A stretch of DNA of 64,000 nt from Bythopirellula sp. (lineage in GTDB: Bacteria; Planctomycetota; Planctomycetia; Pirellulales; Lacipirellulaceae), in contig OZ244170.1 in assembly GCA_965216565.1 (NCBI GenBank), positions 4,576,001-4,640,000 of the forward strand, in the 5' to 3' direction. Shown piece after piece: positions 19,268 to 29,998 of the stretch (the stretch's first letter is position 1; each line of letters begins with the position of its first letter). A model generated the notes under the pieces. It was given only the letters and a program-made list of their open reading frames with translations. It was not told the origin of the DNA and made no database searches. Position numbers and translations under genes: made by a program.

Positions 19268-20558
19268 AGACCATGCACAATCGAATGGAGGCTTTCGCCA
19301 CGTCAAGAATCTAGGGGATATTCCCTCGGATTGGGACGTAGCATTGCTCAGTTCACTCACTTCTCTCGTGACGAGCGGCTCCCGTGGCTGGAGCAAATAC
19401 ATGACAAGTGAGGGGGCGTTTTTTGTTCGCAGCCAAAATATTGGTCTGGGTACGCTTCGATGGGATGATGTTGCTTTCGTTCACCCACCGAATGACCAAG
19501 AAGCGAGCAGGGCACAAATCGAACTCAATGACCTCCTGATTTCCGTGACTGGTGAGCCCGGCAACGTCGCACTCGCTAACGAATCCGTTCGTCATGGATT
19601 CGTTAGCCAACATGTAGCCCTTGTTCGTCTCAAAGACGAGTCGCTAGCCTCTTGGGCAGTCACAGCATTGTCTTCAGCGATTGGCCAGTCACAGTTTCAA
19701 TCTAAGCTTTATGGCCAGACTCGACCGGGGCTCAATCTAGATAATATCGGCGAACTACTTATTCCATTGCCGTCTGAGGCTGAGCGAAGCTTGATTCGCC
19801 GAACCCTAGAAGCTGTGCACGACGCTATCGAACAAACACGGGCGGTGATTGACCAGACCCGCAAACTAAAGACGGCCCTGCTGCAGGACCTACTCACCAA
19901 CGGCCTACCGGGAAGGCATAGCACTTTCTCTACTCACCGATTGGCAGGACGGATTCCCTCAGACTGGACCGTTCAGCCACTCGACGACATTGCCAAAGTC
20001 GTCGACTGCAAACACCGAACGCCCAAGTACCAGGAGGCAGGATTTCCTGTAGTACGTCCTGGCGATGTAAAGGAAGGCAAGCTCGACTTATCTGAATCTC
20101 CCCGCACATGCGAGGCTGAGTTCGAAGACCTCGTTGAAAATTATCGTCCTGTACGCGGTGATATTGTTTACAGCCGCAATGCTTCGTTCGGAGTCGCAGC
20201 CTATGCTGACACCGACGAGCCGTACACTATTGGGCAAGATGTAGTCATCATCACAAGCGATGAGGTATCCAACCAATATCTGTACTTCTTACTCAATTCC
20301 CAGAGTTTCAAGCGTCAACTATATCGACTATCGGCTGGCTCGACGTTTCAGCGAATCAATTTGGACGATATCCGACGTTACTCGATAGCCGTTCCTGATA
20401 ACGACGAGCAAGAACGCATTGCTCATATTCTTTGGCAACTTGACAAGAGAACCGAAGCTGAGAAATCGCGTCTCGAACAACTTCACAGGACAAAGTCGGC
20501 ATTGAGTCAGGAATTGTTGACTGGCCGCGTCCGCGTGCCGACGAAAGGGGGCGAGTGA
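19257..20558 (+). CDS. hsdS: Type I R-M specificity subunit S
   Basis: Two TRDs each starting IPSDW; conserved helices LKTALLQDLLT and KSALSQELLTGRVRV. Confidence 0.95.
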   Translation: MPSKDHAQSNGGFRHVKNLGDIPSDWDVALLSSLTSLVTSGSRGWSKYMTSEGAFFVRSQNIGLGTLRWDDVAFVHPPNDQEASRAQIELNDLLISVTGEPGNVALANESVRHGFVSQHVALVRLKDESLASWAVTALSSAIGQSQFQSKLYGQTRPGLNLDNIGELLIPLPSEAERSLIRRTLEAVHDAIEQTRAVIDQTRKLKTALLQDLLTNGLPGRHSTFSTHRLAGRIPSDWTVQPLDDIAKVVDCKHRTPKYQEAGFPVVRPGDVKEGKLDLSESPRTCEAEFEDLVENYRPVRGDIVYSRNASFGVAAYADTDEPYTIGQDVVIITSDEVSNQYLYFLLNSQSFKRQLYRLSAGSTFQRINLDDIRRYSIAVPDNDEQERIAHILWQLDKRTEAEKSRLEQLHRTKSALSQELLTGRVRVPTKGGE

Positions 20559-22327
20559 TGGACGAACTTAGACGGCAACTGGCTGAAGTGCTTGCTCAAT
20601 TCGACACTGCTAAAGCCCTAGAGCCCTATGAAGTGCGTTCGGCCCTAGAGCCGGTGAAACAAGCTGCCAAAGAAGCAGACGTAACTGTTGATGAGCTTCG
20701 TTTTGAGTTCATCGCCATGTATTTGGTTCTCTACGACGAGCCGAACGTATGGGGAACGCACGAGGGTCCGGAGTTGTCCGATAAACCACCGCTAGAGTCT
20801 ATCACCAGCGAGTGTGTCGACTACTGGACTGGCCGGATGAGGGAGGCTCGACATCCAGCACTTCGAGCCCGCTATGCTGACCTTGTTTGGGAGTATGGTC
20901 ACAAAGTGGGTCAGCAACGCTCGATTGATGCCGTTCGCATTGCTATCGACGGATACATCGACGTGTGGGCCGCAAATCCCCAGATGTCATTTCACAATTG
21001 GGGCTACATACACGAGCGGGCAGTTAACTTGGCTTTGCAGATTGAGGACGAGGAGCGACTACTGAAAACAGTGAAGAGCCTTCGCGAGTACGCGGCTGCT
21101 GACGTCGAACAAACTGAAAGTGAACACCGAAGGCGGATGCTTCTTTCAATTCTCTTAGGTATCCCACCCAAGCGACGCCCGCAGGAGGAATTTCAGGCCG
21201 TTATTGAAGAGTTTCGAAAGCGACTTGATGAGTTAGACGCTGCCGATGCGGACCAGTTCGCTATTGGAGACTTGGCTTTGCCGTTGGCTCAGCATTACTG
21301 GTCGACTCAACAGAAAGACGAAGCAAAGGTGGTTGTTGGCATTTATGGCAAGGCAGTCGAGAGACTGTCTAAGAATGCCATGGCAATCCTTGCAACCAGT
21401 TGGCTTAAGGACCTTTTTCAGGTCTACAAACGATTCGAAATGCAAGATGACGCAGACAGATTGCTTGGCACGATTCAGCAGAGGTCTGAAGGCGTAACAG
21501 AGGAACTTGCACCGGTATCACATAGCGTCGAAATTCCGGAAGAAGAGTGGAACAAGGTTATCGAAGACCTAACAAGCGGTGCGGTTGACGACGTCCTGCA
21601 CAAGCTAGCCATCAACTTCTTGCCGAACGTGGAAGGTACGGAGAAGTTGGTGAAAGAGTTGGCTTCTCAAACGCAATTCATGAACATCTTTACACAGCAG
21701 GTGACGGCAGAAGATGGGCGAGTCGTCGCCTCGATTGGACCAGTGGCCGAAGATTTGGAAGGTCACGTCGTGTTACAGATGTGTCAGATGATGAAAGCGA
21801 AGGGGCAGATTTACCGACCAGCGATGGAACAAGCGATTACGCGACTGGGATTTAATGCAGGTGACGTAATCAAATGGCTCTCAGGTAGCCCCTTGTTTGA
21901 AGAAGCACGCTATCCGTTGCTGGAATCGGCAGTTGAGGCGTATCTGCGTGAGGATTGGCCCACGGCGATTCACTTGGCAATCCCTCAAATTGAGCATGCC
22001 ATACGCCGAGTACTCGAACTGACCGGTCAACCGACAATAAAGCCGCACCGTAATGGAGGCTTTATGCTCAAGAACCTCGACGACTTACTTCGGGACGCTG
22101 CAACCAAAAAAGTGATACCTGAAGACATTCGCTTCTATCTTCGGACGTTGCTTTGTGACCTTCGGGGAGTGAATGTCCGCAACAATGTCTGCCATGGCAT
22201 CTGGGGACCCGGATTTCTCAACTCGTTTATAGCTGACCGAGTGATTCACGCCGTGCTTGTTATTGGCCTGCTGCGGCCATCAACATCCAGTGGCGACGTT
22301 CCCAACGACGCAGAAGGAGGCGGGTAA
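20558..22327 (+). CDS. DUF4209-like protein with HEPN-type RxxxxH motif
   Basis: Helical N-terminus; C-terminal PQIEHAIR...GVNVRNNVCHG; TGATG coupling to hsdS. Confidence 0.7.
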   Translation: MDELRRQLAEVLAQFDTAKALEPYEVRSALEPVKQAAKEADVTVDELRFEFIAMYLVLYDEPNVWGTHEGPELSDKPPLESITSECVDYWTGRMREARHPALRARYADLVWEYGHKVGQQRSIDAVRIAIDGYIDVWAANPQMSFHNWGYIHERAVNLALQIEDEERLLKTVKSLREYAAADVEQTESEHRRRMLLSILLGIPPKRRPQEEFQAVIEEFRKRLDELDAADADQFAIGDLALPLAQHYWSTQQKDEAKVVVGIYGKAVERLSKNAMAILATSWLKDLFQVYKRFEMQDDADRLLGTIQQRSEGVTEELAPVSHSVEIPEEEWNKVIEDLTSGAVDDVLHKLAINFLPNVEGTEKLVKELASQTQFMNIFTQQVTAEDGRVVASIGPVAEDLEGHVVLQMCQMMKAKGQIYRPAMEQAITRLGFNAGDVIKWLSGSPLFEEARYPLLESAVEAYLREDWPTAIHLAIPQIEHAIRRVLELTGQPTIKPHRNGGFMLKNLDDLLRDAATKKVIPEDIRFYLRTLLCDLRGVNVRNNVCHGIWGPGFLNSFIADRVIHAVLVIGLLRPSTSSGDVPNDAEGGG

Positions 22328-23331
22328 TGGAACACGAGCAATTACCCCAATGGGAAGGTGATTTCCGAATACTTGCCCTAGACGGCGGCGGTTTGAGAGG
22401 GCTGTTCTCCGCTGCCGTACTTGCACACTTAGAGCAAGATTTGGACATCAAAATCGCTGACCATTTTGACCTAATCACAGGAACGTCTACTGGCGGAATC
22501 ATCGCCATTGGACTTGGCCTAGGACTGCGTCCAAGCGAACTTGTGGAATTCTACACCGGCAAGGGGCCAGGCATATTCCCTGCGAGCAAGTGGCGACTTG
22601 GTCGATGGCGGAGATTCGCTCGCTGGCTACGACGCCACAAGTACGATAGTGGTCCGCTTGAAAGCTCCTTGAAGGAAGCGATTGGCGACGACTTGTTCGG
22701 CTCCAGTAACAAGCGGCTAGTCATTCCCTCGTTCGACTTAGGCCTCGACCAAGTTCGTGTCTTTCGCACTCCTCACCATCCACGACTTCGCCGCGATTGG
22801 CAATTCCCGGCTTGGAAAGTGGCGATGGCCACAACAGCCGCCCCCACCTACTTTCCTGCATGGAGAGGCATCGACAGCATGCGACTTATCGACGGTGGCG
22901 TTTGGGCAAACAATCCAACTCTCGTTGGCTTGGTCGAAGCAACAAGTACGCTCAATGTTCCCTGGGACTCCATCAAGATTCTCAGCATCGGTACGTGCGA
23001 CGACCTCAATCGTCGTCCAGATGGCTTGGACTTAGGCGGACTGTTGGCTTGGCGTACTGGAGCGGTCAGCGTCATCATGCGAGGCCAAAGCGTCGGAACC
23101 AACAACATTGTCAAGCTCATGCTCAGTAACGACCGCGTGCATCGGCTGGACCCACCGGTACCTGAAGGCCTGTTTGCACTCGATAAATGCACTCAAGATG
23201 AGCACATGGCCTTGGCTGCTCGTGAGAGCCTTCATTTCAGTCCAGTTTTTGACAAGGAGTTCAAGCCTCACAAGGCATCGAATTACAAGCCGCTCTATCC
23301 AGAGCTAGATACCCAAGCCACAACCACCTAA
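22327..23331 (+). CDS. Patatin-like phospholipase, CBASS effector (CapV-like)
   Basis: LALDGGGLRG, GTSTG, AAPTYF and DGGVWANNP motifs; directly upstream of a CD-NTase. Confidence 0.92.
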   Translation: MEHEQLPQWEGDFRILALDGGGLRGLFSAAVLAHLEQDLDIKIADHFDLITGTSTGGIIAIGLGLGLRPSELVEFYTGKGPGIFPASKWRLGRWRRFARWLRRHKYDSGPLESSLKEAIGDDLFGSSNKRLVIPSFDLGLDQVRVFRTPHHPRLRRDWQFPAWKVAMATTAAPTYFPAWRGIDSMRLIDGGVWANNPTLVGLVEATSTLNVPWDSIKILSIGTCDDLNRRPDGLDLGGLLAWRTGAVSVIMRGQSVGTNNIVKLMLSNDRVHRLDPPVPEGLFALDKCTQDEHMALAARESLHFSPVFDKEFKPHKASNYKPLYPELDTQATTT

Positions 23332-23346
23332 CCCAGGAGTACTACC

Positions 23347-24519
23347 ATGGCGACAGCCAACCACATGAATCAATTACTCGAAGAGATTGTAGAGCTGTTA
23401 GATATTCCACCGTCGTACTACGAGAAAGCCAGGGACCGTTATCAGTCTTTGGGTAAATGGTTTCATCGACCTGATTCGTCCGTTCGAGACCACAAACCGG
23501 ACGTCTATATCCAGGGGTCCTTCCGCTATGGGACGGTCATCCGCCCTCTGCTGAAGAACGAGGAGTACGATTTGGACCTTGTTTGTCAACTTGCTCTTTC
23601 CAAGGGCCAAATGTCACAGATGGCACTCAAGGAGTTAGTTGGCGGTGAGGTCAAGTCGTACGCGGACGCTAACGGATTCAAGGACCCTGCTGAAGAGAAG
23701 CCACGCTGCTGGCGTCTCAATTACCAGGACGACGTGAGCTTTCACATGGACATTTTGCCGTCAATTCCCGACGACGAACAGTTCAAAGCATTTCTGATTT
23801 CTCAAGGCATCACAAAAGAATTCGCTGATAAAGCGGTGGCTATCACAGACAACAGACATACTGAGTACGAAAAAGTCTCTGATGACTGGCCGAAGAGCAA
23901 TCCGCGAGGATTCGCCGGTTGGTTTGAGAGCCGAATGAAGACGGTCGCTCAAACACGCCGTGCGATGCTCGTTGCAAATCGAGCTTACGCATCCATCGAC
24001 GATGTCCCTCCCTACGAATGGAAGACGCCGCTCCAACGGTCCATTCAAATCTTGAAACGTCACCGTGATGTGATGTTCCGGAACGACCTAGACCAAAGGC
24101 CAATTTCGATGATTATCACAACGTTGTCCGCTCATGCTTATGGTGGAGAAATTGAGCTGCACACGGCTCTGTCAAACATCGTCGACCGAATGCCTCAATT
24201 TGTGCGTGACAACCTTCCAAGAGTTCCTAACCCAGTCAATCCTGCCGAGGACTTTGCGGACAAATGGGCAAAGGACTCTGGACTAGAGAAGAACTTCTGG
24301 GATTGGCATACGCAGGTCAAGACTGACGTGGACAACCTTTGCCAACCACTCAAAGAAGACCAACTGCAACGTGCAATACGCAGCAGATTCGACGTTGACC
24401 TGTCCTCCAGCCTAGCGAAGCAAGTCGCAGCACTCTCGGGAGGAGCGGTTGCTGCCATCCCCAAGAAGGCACCGACGGTTATACAGTCGGCACCGAAGCC
24501 CTGGAATGGTGATGCTTAG
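23347..24519 (+). CDS. cGAS/DncV-like nucleotidyltransferase (CD-NTase)
   Basis: QGSFRYGT...EYDLDLV, HMDILP, SNPRGFAGWF, LQRSIQILKRHRD and NPVNPAEDFADKW motifs; flexible tail ending PKPWNGDA. Confidence 0.93.
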   Translation: MATANHMNQLLEEIVELLDIPPSYYEKARDRYQSLGKWFHRPDSSVRDHKPDVYIQGSFRYGTVIRPLLKNEEYDLDLVCQLALSKGQMSQMALKELVGGEVKSYADANGFKDPAEEKPRCWRLNYQDDVSFHMDILPSIPDDEQFKAFLISQGITKEFADKAVAITDNRHTEYEKVSDDWPKSNPRGFAGWFESRMKTVAQTRRAMLVANRAYASIDDVPPYEWKTPLQRSIQILKRHRDVMFRNDLDQRPISMIITTLSAHAYGGEIELHTALSNIVDRMPQFVRDNLPRVPNPVNPAEDFADKWAKDSGLEKNFWDWHTQVKTDVDNLCQPLKEDQLQRAIRSRFDVDLSSSLAKQVAALSGGAVAAIPKKAPTVIQSAPKPWNGDA

Positions 24520-25168
24520 GTCGTTGCAACAACATTATGAGAAGTGGGAGCTATATTCGCTACTTCAGAACCAGATGGGCCTCGCACTACGACCGAGCCA
24601 TAACGGAGAAACCGTAATTGCTGGCGAGTTGGAGTTCACTGCACGGCAACCCGACTATGAAGACATCACCGATACCTACGAAATTGAAATACGCGTACCC
24701 CAAGACTTTCCACGTAGTGTACCCGCGGTACGGGAATTGGGGGGGCGAATTCCTAAGTCGTTCCATACTCATACGGATAGGACTCTTTGTCTTGGTTCGC
24801 CTGTTCGGCTTCAACTCGAAATCAGTAAGGCACCCACTCTGCCTGAGTTCGTCAGGAATTGCGTCGTCCCTTATTTGTATGGATACAGCCATAAGGAACT
24901 GCACGGTACGTTGCCACAGGGAGAGCTGTCCCATGGAAGAAAGGGTCGCATTGAAGACTATCAGGCAATCTTTCATCAAAAGAATGAGAAACAATGCATG
25001 GAAATGATTCGGCTAGCATCTCTCAAGAAACGCGTGGCCAATAAACAGCCCTGTTTTTGCGGCGATAAGAATCGATTAGGTAAATGTCATAACAAGAAGG
25101 TCAACCATTTGCGGCGACGGCTGGGAAGAACTTGGTTCGCAACAGAATACGCGAGTTTGAAACGATGA
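24506..25168 (+). CDS. Prokaryotic E2-like protein with C-terminal SEC-C-like Zn motif (short type II CBASS ancillary)
   Basis: IEIRVPQDFPRSVP...FHTHTDRTLCLG E2-like core; QPCFCGDKNRLGKCH SEC-C-like motif; overlaps CD-NTase stop. Confidence 0.8.
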   Translation: MVMLRSLQQHYEKWELYSLLQNQMGLALRPSHNGETVIAGELEFTARQPDYEDITDTYEIEIRVPQDFPRSVPAVRELGGRIPKSFHTHTDRTLCLGSPVRLQLEISKAPTLPEFVRNCVVPYLYGYSHKELHGTLPQGELSHGRKGRIEDYQAIFHQKNEKQCMEMIRLASLKKRVANKQPCFCGDKNRLGKCHNKKVNHLRRRLGRTWFATEYASLKR

Positions 25169-28149
25169 GCAATGGCCCCGAATATACCGAAGTCCAACGC
25201 CCAGCATGGGAACTGCTAAAGGACCACTTCGACTACAAATATGCAGACGGCGAGAGCACGGAGTTTGCCTCTGAGCGTGACGGCGACAGCGACCCACTGC
25301 TTGTCGTTCGTCTATCGCAGAAGCTTCGCGACATCAACAAGGGCCTTACCGATGAAGGCGTTCGCCAGGCGATTTCTGCCCTGCGGCAACCGCTGGCGAG
25401 CACGCTCATTGATGCGAACGAGACTTGTCATCGACTACTGGGACGCTGGGTAACTGTTGAAGAGATGCAGCACGGCAAGCCGGTTGGTCGTAGCGTCCGA
25501 TACATCGACTTCGATAATCCTGAGAACAACGAGTTCCTGGTCGTTGAGGAGTTCACTATCAAAGGGCCTCGCTACACTCGCCGTCTGGACCTAGTCGTTT
25601 TCGTCAATGGTATCCCCATCGTCGCCGTTGAATGCAAACGTCCGGATGACGACCGAGGTATCGAGCACGCGGTCCGCGACTTGCTTGTCTACCAAGAAGC
25701 CGACAAGGGCGTCGTGCGATTGTTCCACACCGTGCAGCTCTGCATGGCACTCAAGCGTGCCGATGCCCGCTATGGCACGGTATGTACTCCCCTACGCCGC
25801 TACGCCGAATGGAAGACGGCCTATCCGCAGACGAAGTATGACCTGGAACGAAAGATTGGCCGCACGCCAACCAAGCAAGATATTTTGCTTGCTGGCATGC
25901 TCACAAAAGAGAATTTGCTCGACCTAATTCGTAACTTTGTCGTGTTTGACCGCGAGGGTGGTAAGCTCGTGAAGAAAGTCGCTCGGTATCAGCAGTTCGA
26001 GGCTGTCAACGAAGCCGTGAAGCGAATAGTCGACCCCCAGAGTAATTTGCCACTGAAGGACCGAGGCGGCGTAGTTTGGCACACGCAAGGGAGTGGCAAA
26101 AGTTTGTCGATGCTTTGGCTCGGCCTGAAACTGAGACGACAGAAGCAGCTCGACAATCCAACACTGCTTATTGTCTCCGACCGTCGTGACCTCGACCGGC
26201 AGATAACACAGACATTCAGCAACTGTGGATTCGAGAATCCGGTACGGGCTTCGAGAGTCTCGCACTTGCGGAGGTTGCTCAACGGCCCGCCGGGGCAAAC
26301 TGTGATGACTACCGTGCAGAAGTTTCGCGACGAGGTCGACATCCAAAAAGGGAGTCGGCACCCCATTCTTAGCGATGCGGACAATGTCTTTACACTTATC
26401 GACGAGGCACATCGGAGCGAGTACGGACAGTTCGCCGCCCACATGATGCGGGCGTTGCCGAACTCGTGTCGCTTGGCATTCACCGGTACGCCTATCGATA
26501 AGACCCAAGCAACTTTCGGCAGCTACATCCACAAGTACACGATGCCACAATCGGTCGAAGATGGTGCGACCGTGCCGATTCTCTACGAAAGTCGATTACC
26601 CGAGCTGGCCGTATGGGGAAAACGTATCAACCCGCTGTTTGATGCCGAATTTGCTCACCTTACCAAGGAGCAACGCGAAAAAGTCAAACAACAGCAAGTG
26701 ACCGAACGCAAGGTTGCCGAAGCGACTGACCGTATCGAAATGGTTGCCGCTGATATCGCGGAGCATTACAAGGCGAACTTCGAGCCGGATGGATTCAAGG
26801 CTCAAGTTGCTGCATGCTCACAGAAGGCAGCGGGGATGTACTTCCAAGAGTTAAGTAAACACCTGCCCGGTCGGGTGGCACTGTTGATTTCCGACCCCAG
26901 TGACAAGGACAGTGAGTTGTGGGAGTTGAAGAAACCGTTCGACGATGAAGAACAGGTAATTGACCAGTACAAGGAGGAGGGAGTCGACAAGCTGGCGATT
27001 ATTGTTGTGATGAACAAGTACCTGACTGGCTTTGATGCTCCAATTGAAAGAGTTCTATATCTCGACCGCCGACTCACAGACCATAATCTCCTGCAAGCGA
27101 TTGCTCGCGTGAATCGCCCGCTCCCCGAGAAGGACAAACAATGGGGACTAATCGTCGACTACTGGGGCGTGTCGGGATTTTTAGACAAGGCCTTGGAAGT
27201 GTTTTCTCAGGATGTTGCCGTCGAAGACGTGCTTCACAAGCGAGACGACGAATCCGTTTACCAGGCGTTGAAGCAACGACATGCCGACGTTTTTGCCATG
27301 TTCTCAAAAGACTTGGACCGTTCCGACATCGAACCGTGGATTCTCGCTTTGGAGAAGGAAGATGTGCGAGCTATCTTCCATGCTCGTCACCGTGCTTTTT
27401 ACAAAGCCTTGGAGCAGCTCCTGCCGGACCCGCGAGCCTTGACGTTCTTGCCAGACTTTGCCTGGCTCCGCCGAGTGCGTCGCGAAGCGACTACTCACTA
27501 TCAGACCGAGGACACCGAGCTGCCTGATTGCAGTGCGAAAGTTCGCGAGCTGATTGACCGGCACGTCAAAGGCGAAGCTGTAAAACTGCTCTTAGAGCCC
27601 GTTCCGATTATGTCGGACCGCTTTTCAGAGGAGGTCAAGAAGCTCAAAGACCCGCGAGCCAAAGCGAGCAGGATGGAGCACGCCATCCAGCGGACTATCA
27701 CGGTCAAACTTCATGAGGACCCAGTCTTTTACGAGTCGGTGCGAGAGCGATTGGAACGCATCATTGTCGAACGTCGGGAACAGAGAATCGACGATGCTGA
27801 AGAATTCAAGCTCTTGATGGGTGTTCGGGACGATATCAAACAGGGACATTCCGAAGACGCGGATTCCCTGGGGATTAAGAAAGAGGCGTTCCCCTTCTAT
27901 GGGTTACTCAAGAAGCACGTAGCCGAAGACGCAAACAGTGATGCCGCCGACAAGATGGCCGAGCTTTCCGAAGCTGTCTTCGATGCACTCAAGCACGAGG
28001 CGGTCATTGATTGGTCGCAGAAAGAAGATGTTCAGCGAGAAATGCGTCGGAAGATTAAGCGGCAATTGCGTCTTGCAGACTTCCCCGCGAAAGACGTTGA
28101 AGCCGTTACATCCGAGTTGATGGACCTAGCACGGGTGCGACTGACATGA
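25165..28149 (+). CDS. hsdR: Type I R-M restriction subunit R
   Basis: RLDLVVFVNGIPIVAVECK, WHTQGSGKS, DEAHRS, FTGTP, LTGFDAP and LLQAIARVNR motifs. Confidence 0.97.
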   Translation: MSNGPEYTEVQRPAWELLKDHFDYKYADGESTEFASERDGDSDPLLVVRLSQKLRDINKGLTDEGVRQAISALRQPLASTLIDANETCHRLLGRWVTVEEMQHGKPVGRSVRYIDFDNPENNEFLVVEEFTIKGPRYTRRLDLVVFVNGIPIVAVECKRPDDDRGIEHAVRDLLVYQEADKGVVRLFHTVQLCMALKRADARYGTVCTPLRRYAEWKTAYPQTKYDLERKIGRTPTKQDILLAGMLTKENLLDLIRNFVVFDREGGKLVKKVARYQQFEAVNEAVKRIVDPQSNLPLKDRGGVVWHTQGSGKSLSMLWLGLKLRRQKQLDNPTLLIVSDRRDLDRQITQTFSNCGFENPVRASRVSHLRRLLNGPPGQTVMTTVQKFRDEVDIQKGSRHPILSDADNVFTLIDEAHRSEYGQFAAHMMRALPNSCRLAFTGTPIDKTQATFGSYIHKYTMPQSVEDGATVPILYESRLPELAVWGKRINPLFDAEFAHLTKEQREKVKQQQVTERKVAEATDRIEMVAADIAEHYKANFEPDGFKAQVAACSQKAAGMYFQELSKHLPGRVALLISDPSDKDSELWELKKPFDDEEQVIDQYKEEGVDKLAIIVVMNKYLTGFDAPIERVLYLDRRLTDHNLLQAIARVNRPLPEKDKQWGLIVDYWGVSGFLDKALEVFSQDVAVEDVLHKRDDESVYQALKQRHADVFAMFSKDLDRSDIEPWILALEKEDVRAIFHARHRAFYKALEQLLPDPRALTFLPDFAWLRRVRREATTHYQTEDTELPDCSAKVRELIDRHVKGEAVKLLLEPVPIMSDRFSEEVKKLKDPRAKASRMEHAIQRTITVKLHEDPVFYESVRERLERIIVERREQRIDDAEEFKLLMGVRDDIKQGHSEDADSLGIKKEAFPFYGLLKKHVAEDANSDAADKMAELSEAVFDALKHEAVIDWSQKEDVQREMRRKIKRQLRLADFPAKDVEAVTSELMDLARVRLT

Positions 28150-28883
28150 GCCAAACGGATAGTATAGGCTTCGGTGGAATGAGGATTGACTACTCGATTC
28201 AGAGGACGAGTCGACGCAAGACCTTTGCGATAACCGTCAATCCAGATATGTCAGTTGCGGTTGCGGTCCCCAAGGGTACTCGACGAACTCTTGTCTCGAA
28301 AAAGGTCACTCAGAAGGCTGAATGGATTGTTCGCCAACAGGAGAGATTGCGTCGCAATGGGCGGGAGTCAGCAAAGTCTTTCGTCAGCGGTGAATCGTTC
28401 CGCTACCTGGGCCGACAATATCAGTTGAAGGTGATTCATCGTTCGACAGCTCCGCCCGTCCCACAAGCGACCATGACTCGTGGACGATTCATAGTGCCGG
28501 TCTCAAGTCGTTGGGGAGCTGGGCGTCGCCGCTCCGCTGTTCGTGACGCACTTGCTGTTTGGTATCGAGAGCATGCTTTAGTTCAGATTCAAACCGCTGT
28601 AGACAAAATCTCTGCCTGCCTTGGAGTGGCTCCGGCGAGTGTTGAAGTGCGTGAGATGAAGACCCGTTGGGGCAGCGGCGGCACAGACGGTCAATTGCGT
28701 TTTAACTGGCGAATAGCAATGGGTCCTAAGCGGCTGTTAGAATACGTTGTCGCTCACGAACTGTGCCACTTGCGGTATCATGACCACTCACGTGAGTTTT
28801 GGCGACTCTTGAGTCGCGTGATGCCAGACTACGAGCAACGGCGGCAAGAACTGGAAAGACTGGGACCATCATTAACCATTTGA
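28146..28883 (+). CDS. YgjP/DUF45-like zinc metallopeptidase
   Basis: KTRWGS and YVVAHELCHL...HSREFW motifs; usual position after hsdR. Confidence 0.88.
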   Translation: MSQTDSIGFGGMRIDYSIQRTSRRKTFAITVNPDMSVAVAVPKGTRRTLVSKKVTQKAEWIVRQQERLRRNGRESAKSFVSGESFRYLGRQYQLKVIHRSTAPPVPQATMTRGRFIVPVSSRWGAGRRRSAVRDALAVWYREHALVQIQTAVDKISACLGVAPASVEVREMKTRWGSGGTDGQLRFNWRIAMGPKRLLEYVVAHELCHLRYHDHSREFWRLLSRVMPDYEQRRQELERLGPSLTI

Positions 28884-29038
28884 AACAGTATCCTGGCCGA
28901 ATAACCCGATGGATAGATTTTGTCATGATAGACAAAGAAATCCACAGTTCGTCCAGTGGTAAAAGTAGCCCCAAATGTATCAGGCCTAGAAACTAAACCT
29001 CATAGGCACATATTCCCATAAGGGAATAAGGACATTTA

Positions 29039-29362
29039 TTATCGCATCGCAGCTCGGGACTCCTTTAGGTTCGATTCCAGAACCGAGTTGAGCGAATCAA
29101 GAATACGACTGACACTGGCTTTCTTTGCCAGTCGGTAAAAGTTCTTGGCACCTTTCTTCTGAATGGTGACCAAGCCAGCCTCTTTGAGCACGGTGAGGTG
29201 TTTGGATACAGTCGATTGATTGACGCCGACAACAGCGGTCAAGTCGTTGACACACATGTCTTCACTCCGAAGCAATTCAAGCATCATCAAACGGCTCGCA
29301 TGCGACATCGCCTTAGCGACCTTGGCCCTAGCGACATAGTACTTCCACGATTTCTTAGCCAT
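29039..29362 (-). CDS. ArsR/SmtB-family transcriptional regulator
   Basis: KAMSHASRLMMLELL, MCVNDL and QSTVSKHLTVLKEAGLV motifs. Confidence 0.9.
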   Translation of the reverse strand: MAKKSWKYYVARAKVAKAMSHASRLMMLELLRSEDMCVNDLTAVVGVNQSTVSKHLTVLKEAGLVTIQKKGAKNFYRLAKKASVSRILDSLNSVLESNLKESRAAMR

Positions 29363-29998
29363 CGTAATACTCCTATATTCCCATAAGGCGATAACAGGAA
29401 TTGTACACTACGCCGTTCCTGCTGTCGATTGAACAAGGTAGAGCAAACTTCCGGCTATTGCGTGTGTACCTAGTTCGCTGCGTGGAATTCAAGGTGCATG
29501 ATGGCCATCGAATTGATTGCAGACGACGAGTCGACGTTCTCACTAGAGCCTAGTACTCGCATGCATTCTGTTTAATTGATTCTTTCAACATTGCCAGTGT
29601 CTTCTTCCTCTCCTTGAATCACACTGAAACTTCACCCAACTACGCCTACACTTCTAAATAAGATACGACCGGCGAAAAATTTGCTCTTCCTACAACGTCA
29701 CACTTTAGGCGATTCGCTACTGATTCAATCGTCTCTGGCTTGACTTGGATAAGTAGTTCCGTGTCACAGCCCTGTCTAGCTATTAATAGAGAAGTAGTCC
29801 TTGTGCCACCGCCAAGGCGACGGCTATCAGTCTTGCCTTCTTCTAGCTGCGTTCGGGTTGGCACCCACATCTTAGGTAGCTGTTTCTTTTCAGGAGACGT
29901 TTTTTATTCACTGATGGACAAAAAAGGTTGACAACATAGGGCAAATGCCCTATACTCTTAATCATAAACAGGGTTCGATAAAACCAACACGGAGGAAC

